Shown here: in pieces, positions 1 to 12,200 of the stretch | How positions within the stretch are numbered: the first letter of the stretch is position 1 | How the letters are laid out: each line of letters begins with the position of its first letter | Source of the DNA: Eledone cirrhosa | Taxonomy: Eukaryota | Assembly (NCBI GenBank): GCA_964016885.1 | Contig: OZ024757.1 | Coordinates: 2,852,001 to 2,916,000 of the forward strand | Length of the DNA stretch: 64,000 nt | Reading direction: 5' to 3' | Notes under the pieces: generated by a model | What the model saw: the letters and a program-made list of their open reading frames with translations, nothing else | What the model was told of the DNA's origin: nothing | Database searches by the model: none | Translations under genes and position numbers: made by a program

Positions 1-217
1 GAGACATTCTAGCCACATGTCTAAAGTATCAGAGCTGTGATCTCTCAATTCAGAGATTCTTTCCTGAGTGATTCTAACCACATGTCAGTAGTATCAGAGG
101 TGTGATCTCTCAATTCAGAGATTCTTTCCTGAGACATTCTAACCACATGTCTACAGTATCAGAGATGTGATCTCTCCATTCAGAGATTCTTTCGTGAGAC
201 ATTCTAACCACATTTCT

Positions 218-3200
218 GTAGTATCTGAGCTGTGATCTCTCAATTAAGAGATTCTTTCCTGAGACATTCTAACCACATGGCTGTAGTATCAGAGCTGTGA
301 TCTCTCAATTCAAAGATTCTTTCCTAGAATAATTCTAACCACATATCTCTAGTATCAGAGCTGTGATCTCTCAATTCAAAGATTCTTTCGAGAGATATTC
401 TTACCACATGTTTGTAGTATCAGAGCTGTGATCTCTCAATTCAGAGATTCTTTCCTGAGACATTCTAACCACATGTCTGTAGTATCAGAGCTGTGATCTC
501 TCAATTCAGAGATTCTTTCCAGAGACATTCTAGCCACATGTCTATAGTATCAGAGCTGTGATCTCTCAATTCAGAGATTCTTTCCTGAGTGATTCTATCC
601 ACATGTCTGTAGTATCAGAGGTGTGATTTCTCAATTCAGAGATTCTTTCCTGAGACATTCTAAGCAGATGTCTATAGTTTCAGAGCTTTGATCTCTCAAT
701 TCAGAGATTCTTTCCTGAGACATTCTAACCACATGTCTATAGCATCAGAGCTGTGATCTCTCAATTCAGAGATTCTTTCCTGAGACATTCTAACCACATG
801 GCTGTAGTATCAGAGCTGTGATCTCTCAATTCAAAGATTCATTCCTGAGATAATTCTAACCCCATATCTATAGTATCAGAGCTGTGATCTCTCAATTCAG
901 AAATTCTTTCCTGAGACATTCTAACCACATATCGGTAGTATCAGAGCTGTGATCTCTCAATGCAGAGATTCTTTCCTGACACATTCTAACCACATGTCTA
1001 TAGTATCAGAGCTGTGATCTCTCAAATCAGAGATTCTTTCCTGAGGCATTCTAACCACATGTCTAAAGTGTCAGAGCTGTGATCTCTCAATTCAGAGATT
1101 CTTTCCTGAGACATTCAAACCACATGTCTGTAGTATCAGAGGTGTGATCTCTCAATTCAAAGATTCTTTCCTGAGACATTCTAACTACATGTCTGTAGTA
1201 TCAGAGCTGTAATCTCTCAATTCATAGATTCTTTGCAGAGACATTCTAACCCCATGACCATAGTATCAGAGCTGTGATCTCTCAATTCAGAGGTTCTTTC
1301 CAGAGACGTTCTAACCACATGTCTATAGTATCAGAGCTGTGATCTCTCCATTGAGAGATTCTTTCCTGAGACATTCTAACCACATGGCTGTAGTATCAGA
1401 GCTGTGATCTCTCAATTCAAAGATTCTTTCCTGAGATAATTCTAACCACATATCTATAGTATCAGAGCTGTGATCTCTCAATTCAAAGACTCTTTCCAGA
1501 GATATTCTTACCACATGTCTGTAGTATCAGAGCTGTGATCTCTCAATTCAGAGATTCTTTCCTGAGACATTCTAACCACATGTCTGTAGTATCAGAGCTG
1601 TGATCTCTCAATTCAGAGATTCTTTCCTGAGACATTCTAGCCACATGTCTATAGTATCAGAACTGTGATCTCTCAATTCAGAGATTCTTTCCTGAAACAT
1701 TCTAACTACATGTCTGTAGTATCAGAGCTGTGATCCCTCAATTTAGAGATTCTTTCCTGAGACATTCTAACCACATATCTGTAGTATCAGAGCTGTGATC
1801 TCTCAATTCAGAGTTTCTTTGCTGAGACATTCTAAGCACATGGCTGTAGTATCAGAGCTGTGATCTCTCAATTCAGAAATTCTTTCCTGAAATATTCTAA
1901 CCACATATCGGTAGTATCAGAGCTGTGATCTCTCAATGCAGAGATTCTTTCCTGAGACATTCTAACCACATGTCTAAAGTATCAGAGCTGTGATCTCTCA
2001 ATTCAAAGATTCTTTCCTGAGACATTCAAACCACATGTCTGTAGTATCAGAGGTGTGATCTCTCAATTCAAAGATTCTTTCCTGAGACATTCTAACTACA
2101 TGTCTGTAGTATCAGAGCTGTGATCTATCAATTCAGAGATTCTTTCCAGAGACATTCTAACCACATGACCATAGTATCAGAGCTGTGATCTCTAAATTCA
2201 GAGATTCTTTCCAGAGACATTCTAACCACATGTCTACAGTATCAGAGATGTGATCTCTCCATTCAGAGATTCTTTCCTGAGACATTCTAACCACATGTCT
2301 GTAGTATCAGAGCTGTGATATCTCAATTCAGAGATTCTTTCCTGACACGTTCTAACCACACGTCTATACTATCAGAGCTGTGATCTCTCAATTCAAAGAT
2401 TCTTTCCTGATATAATTCTAACCACATATCTATAGTATCACAGCTGTGATCTCTCAATTCAAAGATTCTTTCGAGAGATATTCTTACCACATGTTTGTAG
2501 TATCAGAGCTGTGATCTCTCAATTCAGAGATTCTTTCCTGAGACATTCTAACCACATGTCTGTAGTATCAGAGCTGTGATCTCTCAATTCAGAGATTCTT
2601 TCCAGAGACATTCTAGCCACATGTCTATAGTATCAGAGCTGTGATTTCTCAATTCAGAGATTCTTTCCTGAGTGATTCTAACCACATGTCTGTAGTATCA
2701 GAGGTGTGATTTCTCAATTCAGAGATTCTTTCCTGAGACATTCTAACCAGATGTCTATAGTTTCAGAGCTTTGATCTCTCAATTCAGAGATTCTTTCCTG
2801 AGACATTCTAACCACATGTCTATAGTATCAGAGCTGTGATCTCTCAATTCAGAGATTCTTTCCTGAGACATTCTAACCACATGGCTGTAGTATCAGGGCT
2901 GTGATCTCTCAATTCAAAGATTCTTTCCTGAGATAATTCTAACCACATATCTATAGTATCAGAGCTTTGATCTCTCAATTCAAAGATTCTTTCCAGAGAT
3001 ATTCTTACCACATGTCTGTAGTATCTGAGCTGTGATCTCTCAATTCAGAGATTCTTTCCTGAGACATTCTAGCCACATGTCTAAAGTATCAGAGCTGTGA
3101 TCTCTCAATTCAGAGATTCTTTCCTGAGTGATTCTAACCACATGTCAGTAGTATCAGAGGTGTGATCTCTCAATTCAGAGATTCTTTCCTGAGACATTCT

Positions 3201-6200
3201 AACCACATGTCTACAGTATCAGAGATGTGATCTCTCCATTCAGAGATTCTTTCGTGAGACATTCTAACCACATTTCTGTAGTATCTGAGCTGTGATCTCT
3301 CAATTAAGAGATTCCTTCCTGAGACATTCTAACCACATGGCTGTAGTATCAGAGCTGTGATCTCTCAATTCAAAGATTCTTTCCTAGAATAATTCTAACC
3401 ACATATCTCTAGTATCAGAGCTGTGATCTCTCAATTCAAAGATTCTTTCGAGAGATATTCTTACCACATGTTTGTAGTATCAGAGCTGTGATCTCTCAAT
3501 TCAGAGATTCTTTCCTGAGACATTCTAACCACATGTCTGTAGTATCAGAGCTGTGATCTCTCAATTCAGAGATTCTTTCCAGAGACATTCTAGCCACATG
3601 TCTATAGTATCAGAGCTGTGATCTCTCAATTCAGAGATTCTTTCCTGAGTGATTCTATCCACATGTCTGTAGTATCAGAGGTGTGATTTCTCAATTCAGA
3701 GATTCTTTCCTGAGACATTCTAACCAGATGTCTATAGTTTCAGAGCTTTGATCTCTCAATTCAGAGATTCTTTCCTGAGACATTCTAACCACATGTCTAT
3801 AGCATCAGAGCTGTGATCTCTCAATTCAGAGATTCTTTCCTGAGACATTCTAACCACATGGCTGTAGTATCAGAGCTGTGATCTCTCAATTCAAAGATTC
3901 ATTCCTGAGATAATTCTAACCCCATATCTATAGTATCAGAGCTGTGATCTCTCAATTCAGAAATTCTTTCCTGAGACATTCTAACCACATATCGGTAGTA
4001 TCAGAGCTGTGATCTCTCAATGCAGAGATTCTTTCCTGACACATTCTAACCACATGTCTATAGTATCAGAGCTGTGATCTCTCAATTCAAAGATTCTTTC
4101 CTGAGACATTCTAACTACACATCTGTAGTATCAGAGCTGTAATCTCTCAATTCATAGATTCTTTCCAGAGACATTCTAACCACATGACCATAGTATCAGA
4201 GCTGTAATCTCTCAATTCAGAGATTCTTTCCAGAGACATTCTAACCACATGTCTATAGTATCAGCGCTGTGATCTCTCCATTGAGAGATTCTTTCCTGAG
4301 ACATTCTAACCACATGGCTGTAGTATCAGAGCTGTGATCTCTCAATTCAAAGATTCTTTCCTGAGATAATTCTAACCACATATCTATAGTATCAGAGCTG
4401 TGATCTCTCAATTCAAAGACTCTTTCCAGAGATATTCTTACCACATGTCTGTAGTATCAGAGCTGTGATCTCTCAATTCAGAGATTCTTTCCTGAGACAT
4501 TCTAACCACATGACTGTAGTATCAGAGCTGTGATCTCTCAATTCAGAGATTCTTTCCTGAGACATTCTAGCCACATGTCTATAGTATCAGAACTGTGATC
4601 TCTCAATTCAGAGATTCTTTCCTGAGTGATTCTAACCACATGTCAGTAGTATCAGAGCTGTGATCTCTCAATTCAGAGATTCTTTCCTGAAACATTCTAA
4701 CTACATGTCTGTAGTATCAGAGCTGTGATCCCTCAATTTAGAGATTCTTTCCTGAGACATTCTAACCACATATCTGTAGTATCAGAGCTGTGATCTCTCA
4801 ATTCAGAGTTTCTTTCCTGAGATATTCTAAGCACATGGCTGTAGTATCAGAGCTGTGATCTCTCAATTCAGAAATTCTTTCCTGAAATATTCTAACCACA
4901 TATCGGTAGTATCAGAGCTGTTATCTCTCAATGCAGAGATTCTTTCCTGAGACATTCTAACCACATGTCTAAAGTATCAGAGCTGTGATCTCTCAATTCA
5001 GAGATTCTTTCCTGAGACATTCAAACCACATGTCTGTAGTATCAGAGGTGTGATCTCTCAATTCAAAGATTCTTTCCTGAGACATTCTAACTACATGTCT
5101 GTAGTATCAGAGCTGTGATCTGTCAATTCAGAGATTCTTTCCAGAGACATTCTAACCACATGACCATAGTATCAGAGCTGTGATCTCTCAATTCAGAGAT
5201 TCTTTCCAGAGACATTCTAACCACATGTCTACAGTATCAGAGATGTGATCTCTCCATTCAGAGATTCTTTCCTGAGACATTCTAACCACATGTCTGTAGT
5301 ATCAGAGCTGTGATATCTCAATTCAGAGATTCTTTCCTGACACATTCTAACCACACGTCTATACTATCAGAGCTTTGATCTCTCAATTCAAAGATTCTTT
5401 CCAGAGATATTCTTACCACATGTCTGTAGTATCAGAGCTGTGATCTCTCAATTCAGAGATTCTTTCCTGAGACATTCTAGCCACATGTCTAAAGTATCAG
5501 AGCTGTGATCTCTCAATTCAGAGATTCTTTCCTGAGTGATTCTAACCACATGTCAGTAGTATCAGAGGTGTGATCTCTCAATTCAGAGATTCTTTCCTGA
5601 GACATTCTTACCACATGTCTACAGTATCAGAGATGTGATCTCTCCATTCAGAGATTCTTTCGTGAGACATTCTAACCACATTTCTGTAGTATCTGAGCTG
5701 TGATCTCTCAATTAAGAGATTCTTTCCTGAGACATTCTAACCACATGGCTGTAGTATCAGAGCTGTGATCTCTCAATTCAAAGATTCTTTCCTAATATAA
5801 TTCTAACCACATATCTATAGTATCAGAGCTGTGATCTCTCAATTCAAAGATTCTTTCGAGAGATATTCTTACCACATGTTTGTAGTATCAGAGCTGTGAT
5901 CTCTCAATTCAGAGATTCTTTCCTGAGACATTCTAACCACATGTCTGTAGTATCAGAGCTGTGATCTCTCAATTCAGAGATTCTTTCCTGAGTGATTCTA
6001 TCCACATGTCTGTAGTATCAGAGGTGTGATTTCTCAATTCAGAGATTCTTTCCTGAGACATTCTAACCAGATGTCTATAGTTTCAGAGCTTTGATCTCTC
6101 AATTCAGAGATTCTTTCCTGAGACATTCTAACCACATGTCTATAGCATCAGAGCTGTGATCTCTCAATTCAGAGATTCTTTCCTGAGACATTCTAACCAC

Positions 6201-9200
6201 ATGGCTGTAGTATCAGAGCTGTGATCTCTCAATTCAAAGATTCATTCCTGAGATAATTCTAACCTCATATCTATAGTATCAGAGCTGTGATCTCTCAATT
6301 CAGAAATTCTTTCCTGAGACATTCTAACCACATATCGGTAGTATCAGAGCTGTGATCTCTCAATGCAGAGATTCTTTCCTGACACATTCTAACCACATGT
6401 CTATAGTATCAGAGCTGTGATCTCTCAAATCAGAGATTCTTTCCTGAGGCATTCTAACCACATGTCTAAAGTATATGAGCTGTGATCTCTCAATTCAGAG
6501 ATTCTTTCCTGAGACATTCAAACCACATGTCTATAGTATCAGAGCTGTGATCTCTCAATTCAGAGATTCTTTCCTGAGACATTCAAACCACATGTCTATA
6601 GTATCAGAGCTGTGATCTCTCAATTCAAAGATTCTTTCCTGAGACATTCTAACTACACATCTGTAGTATCAGAGCTGTAATCTCTCAATTCATAGATTCT
6701 TTCCAGAGACATTCTAACCACATGACCATAGTATCAGAGCTGTAATCTCTCAATTCAGAGATTCTTTCCAGAGACATTCTAACCACATGTCTATAGTATC
6801 AGTGCTGTGATCTCTCCATTGAGAGATTCTTTCCTGAGACATTCTAACCACATGGCTGTAGTATCAGAGCTGTGATCTCTCAATTCAAAGATTCTTTCCT
6901 GAGATAATTCTAACCACATATCTATAGTATCAGAGCTGTGATCTCTCAATTCAAAGACTCTTTCCAGTGATATTCTTACCACATGTCTGTAGTATCAGAG
7001 CTGTGATCTCTCAATTCAGAGATTCTTTCCTGAGACATTCTAACCACATGTCTGTAGTATCAGAGCTGTGATCTCTCAATTCAGAGATTCTTTCCTGAGA
7101 CATTCTAGCCACATGTCTATAGTATCAGAACTGTGATCTCTCAATTCAGAGATTCTTTCCTGAGTGATTCTAACCACATGTCAGTAGTATCAGAGCTGTG
7201 ATCTCTCAATTCAGAGATTCTTTCCTGAGACATTCTAACCACATGGCTGTAGTATCAGAGCTGTGATCTCTCAATTCAAAGATTCTTTCCTAGAATAATT
7301 CTAACCACATATCTCTAGTATCAGAGCTGTGATCTCTCAATTCAAAGATTCTTTCGAGAGATATTCTTACCACATGTTTGTAGTATCAGAGCTGTGATCT
7401 CTCAATTCAGAGATTCTTTCCTGAGACATTCTAACCACATGTCTGTAGTATCAGAGCTGTGATCTCTCAATTCAGAGATTCTTTCCTGAGACATTCTAGC
7501 CACATGTCTATAGTATCAGAACTGTGATCTCTCAATTCAGAGATTCTTTCCTGAGTGATTCTAACCACATGTCAGTAGTATCTGAGCTGTGATCTCTCAA
7601 TTAAGAGATTCTTTCCTGAGACATTCTAACCACATGGCTGTAGTATCAGAGCTGTGATCTCTCAATTCAAAGATTCTTTCCTAGAATAATTCTAACCACA
7701 TATCTCTAGTATCAGAGCTGTGATCTCTCAATTCAAAGATTCTTTCGAGAGATATTCTTACCACATGTTTGTAGTATCAGAGCTGTGATCTCTCAATTCA
7801 GAGATTCTTTCCTGAGACATTCTAACCACATGTCTGTAGTATCAGAGCTGTGATCTCTCAATTCAGAGATTCTTTCCAGAGACATTCTAGCCACATGTCT
7901 ATAGTATCAGAGCTGTGATCTCTCAATTCAGAGATTCTTTCCTGAGTGATTCTATCCACATGTCTGTAGTATCAGAGGTGTGATTTCTCAATTCAGAGAT
8001 TCTTTCCTGAGACATTCTAAGCAGATGTCTATAGTTTCAGAGCTTTGATCTCTCAATTCAGAGATTCTTTCCTGAGACATTCTAACCACATGTCTATAGC
8101 ATCAGAGCTGTGATCTCTCAATTCAGAGATTCTTTCCTGAGACATTCTAACCACATGGCTGTAGTATCAGAGCTGTGATCTCTCAATTCAAAGATTCATT
8201 CCTGAGATAATTCTAACCCCATATCTATAGTATCAGAGCTGTGATCTCTCAATTCAGAAATTCTTTCCTGAGACATTCTAACCACATATCGGTAGTATCA
8301 GAGCTGTGATCTCTCAATGCAGAGATTCTTTCCTGACACATTCTAACCACATGTCTATAGTATCAGAGCTGTGATCTCTCAAATCAGAGATTCTTTCCTG
8401 AGGCATTCTAACCACATGTCTAAAGTGTCAGAGCTGTGATCTCTCAATTCAGAGATTCTTTCCTGAGACATTCAAACCACATGTCTGTAGTATCAGAGGT
8501 GTGATCTCTCAATTCAAAGATTCTTTCCTGAGACATTCTAACTACATGTCTGTAGTATCAGAGCTGTAATCTCTCAATTCATAGATTCTTTGCAGAGACA
8601 TTCTAACCCCATGACCATAGTATCAGAGCTGTGATCTCTCAATTCAGAGGTTCTTTCCAGAGACGTTCTAACCACATGTCTATAGTATCAGAGCTGTGAT
8701 CTCTCCATTGAGAGATTCTTTCCTGAGACATTCTAACCACATGGCTGTAGTATCAGAGCTGTGATCTCTCAATTCAAAGATTCTTTCCTGAGATAATTCT
8801 AACCACATATCTATAGTATCAGAGCTGTGATCTCTCAATTCAAAGACTCTTTCCAGAGATATTCTTACCACATGTCTGTAGTATCAGAGCTGTGATCTCT
8901 CAATTCAGAGATTCTTTCCTGAGACATTCTAACCACATGTCTGTAGTATCAGAGCTGTGATCTCTCAATTCAGAGATTCTTTCCTGAGACATTCTAGCCA
9001 CATGTCTATAGTATCAGAACTGTGATCTCTCAATTCAGAGATTCTTTCCTGAAACATTCTAACTACATGTCTGTAGTATCAGAGCTGTGATCCCTCAATT
9101 TAGAGATTCTTTCCTGAGACATTCTAACCACATATCTGTAGTATCAGAGCTGTGATCTCTCAATTCAGAGTTTCTTTGCTGAGACATTCTAAGCACATGG

Positions 9201-12200
9201 CTGTAGTATCAGAGCTGTGATCTCTCAATTCAGAAATTCTTTCCTGAAATATTCTAACCACATATCGGTAGTATCAGAGCTGTGATCTCTCAATGCAGAG
9301 ATTCTTTCCTGAGACATTCTAACCACATGTCTAAAGTATCAGAGCTGTGATCTCTCAATTCAAAGATTCTTTCCTGAGACATTCAAACCACATGTCTGTA
9401 GTATCAGAGGTGTGATCTCTCAATTCAAAGATTCTTTCCTGAGACATTCTAACTACATGTCTGTAGTATCAGAGCTGTGATCTATCAATTCAGAGATTCT
9501 TTCCAGAGACATTCTAACCACATGACCATAGTATCAGAGCTGTGATCTCTAAATTCAGAGATTCTTTCCAGAGACATTCTAACCACATGTCTACAGTATC
9601 AGAGATGTGATCTCTCCATTCAGAGATTCTTTCCTGAGACATTCTAACCACATGTCTGTAGTATCAGAGCTGTGATATCTCAATTCAGAGATTCTTTCCT
9701 GACACGTTCTAACCACACGTCTATACTATCAGAGCTGTGATCTCTCAATTCAAAGATTCTTTCCTGATATAATTCTAACCACATATCTATAGTATCACAG
9801 CTGTGATCTCTCAATTCAAAGATTCTTTCGAGAGATATTCTTACCACATGTTTGTAGTATCAGAGCTGTGATCTCTCAATTCAGAGATTCTTTCCTGAGA
9901 CATTCTAACCACATGTCTGTAGTATCAGAGCTGTGATCTCTCAATTCAGAGATTCTTTCCAGAGACATTCTAGCCACATGTCTATAGTATCAGAGCTGTG
10001 ATTTCTCAATTCAGAGATTCTTTCCTGAGTGATTCTAACCACATGTCTGTAGTATCAGAGGTGTGATTTCTCAATTCAGAGATTCTTTCCTGAGACATTC
10101 TAACCAGATGTCTATAGTTTCAGAGCTTTGATCTCTCAATTCAGAGATTCTTTCCTGAGACATTCTAACCACATGTCTATAGTATCAGAGCTGTGATCTC
10201 TCAATTCAGAGATTCTTTCCTGAGACATTCTAACCACATGGCTGTAGTATCAGGGCTGTGATCTCTCAATTCAAAGATTCTTTCCTGAGATAATTCTAAC
10301 CACATATCTATAGTATCAGAGCTTTGATCTCTCAATTCAAAGATTCTTTCCAGAGATATTCTTACCACATGTCTGTAGTATCTGAGCTGTGATCTCTCAA
10401 TTCAGAGATTCTTTCCTGAGACATTCTAGCCACATGTCTAAAGTATCAGAGCTGTGATCTCTCAATTCAGAGATTCTTTCCTGAGTGATTCTAACCACAT
10501 GTCAGTAGTATCAGAGGTGTGATCTCTCAATTCAGAGATTCTTTCCTGAGACATTCTAACCACATGTCTACAGTATCAGAGATGTGATCTCTCCATTCAG
10601 AGATTCTTTCGTGAGACATTCTAACCACATTTCTGTAGTATCTGAGCTGTGATCTCTCAATTAAGAGATTCCTTCCTGAGACATTCTAACCACATGGCTG
10701 TAGTATCAGAGCTGTGATCTCTCAATTCAAAGATTCTTTCCTAGAATAATTCTAACCACATATCTCTAGTATCAGAGCTGTGATCTCTCAATTCAAAGAT
10801 TCTTTCGAGAGATATTCTTACCACATGTTTGTAGTATCAGAGCTGTGATCTCTCAATTCAGAGATTCTTTCCTGAGACATTCTAACCACATGTCTGTAGT
10901 ATCAGAGCTGTGATCTCTCAATTCAGAGATTCTTTCCAGAGACATTCTAGCCACATGTCTATAGTATCAGAGCTGTGATCTCTCAATTCAGAGATTCTTT
11001 CCTGAGTGATTCTATCCACATGTCTGTAGTATCAGAGGTGTGATTTCTCAATTCAGAGATTCTTTCCTGAGACATTCTAACCAGATGTCTATAGTTTCAG
11101 AGCTTTGATCTCTCAATTCAGAGATTCTTTCCTGAGACATTCTAACCACATGTCTATAGCATCAGAGCTGTGATCTCTCAATTCAGAGATTCTTTCCTGA
11201 GACATTCTAACCACATGGCTGTAGTATCAGAGCTGTGATCTCTCAATTCAAAGATTCATTCCTGAGATAATTCTAACCCCATATCTATAGTATCAGAGCT
11301 GTGATCTCTCAATTCAGAAATTCTTTCCTGAGACATTCTAACCACATATCGGTAGTATCAGAGCTGTGATCTCTCAATGCAGAGATTCTTTCCTGACACA
11401 TTCTAACCACATGTCTATAGTATCAGAGCTGTGATCTCTCAATTCAAAGATTCTTTCCTGAGACATTCTAACTACACATCTGTAGTATCAGAGCTGTAAT
11501 CTCTCAATTCATAGATTCTTTCCAGAGACATTCTAACCACATGACCATAGTATCAGAGCTGTAATCTCTCAATTCAGAGATTCTTTCCAGAGACATTCTA
11601 ACCACATGTCTATAGTATCAGCGCTGTGATCTCTCCATTGAGAGATTCTTTCCTGAGACATTCTAACCACATGGCTGTAGTATCAGAGCTGTGATCTCTC
11701 AATTCAAAGATTCTTTCCTGAGATAATTCTAACCACATATCTATAGTATCAGAGCTGTGATCTCTCAATTCAAAGACTCTTTCCAGAGATATTCTTACCA
11801 CATGTCTGTAGTATCAGAGCTGTGATCTCTCAATTCAGAGATTCTTTCCTGAGACATTCTAACCACATGACTGTAGTATCAGAGCTGTGATCTCTCAATT
11901 CAGAGATTCTTTCCTGAGACATTCTAGCCACATGTCTATAGTATCAGAACTGTGATCTCTCAATTCAGAGATTCTTTCCTGAGTGATTCTAACCACATGT
12001 CAGTAGTATCAGAGCTGTGATCTCTCAATTCAGAGATTCTTTCCTGAAACATTCTAACTACATGTCTGTAGTATCAGAGCTGTGATCCCTCAATTTAGAG
12101 ATTCTTTCCTGAGACATTCTAACCACATATCTGTAGTATCAGAGCTGTGATCTCTCAATTCAGAGTTTCTTTCCTGAGATATTCTAAGCACATGGCTGTA

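Noticed and set aside
321-329. Transcription factor motifs: TTCCTAGAA (STAT/BCL6-like), ACATTCT (TEAD-like), CCACATGTCT (p53 half-site-like)
   Set aside because: These are short or mismatched motifs expected by chance and multiplied passively by the repeat. There is no evidence of function without binding data.
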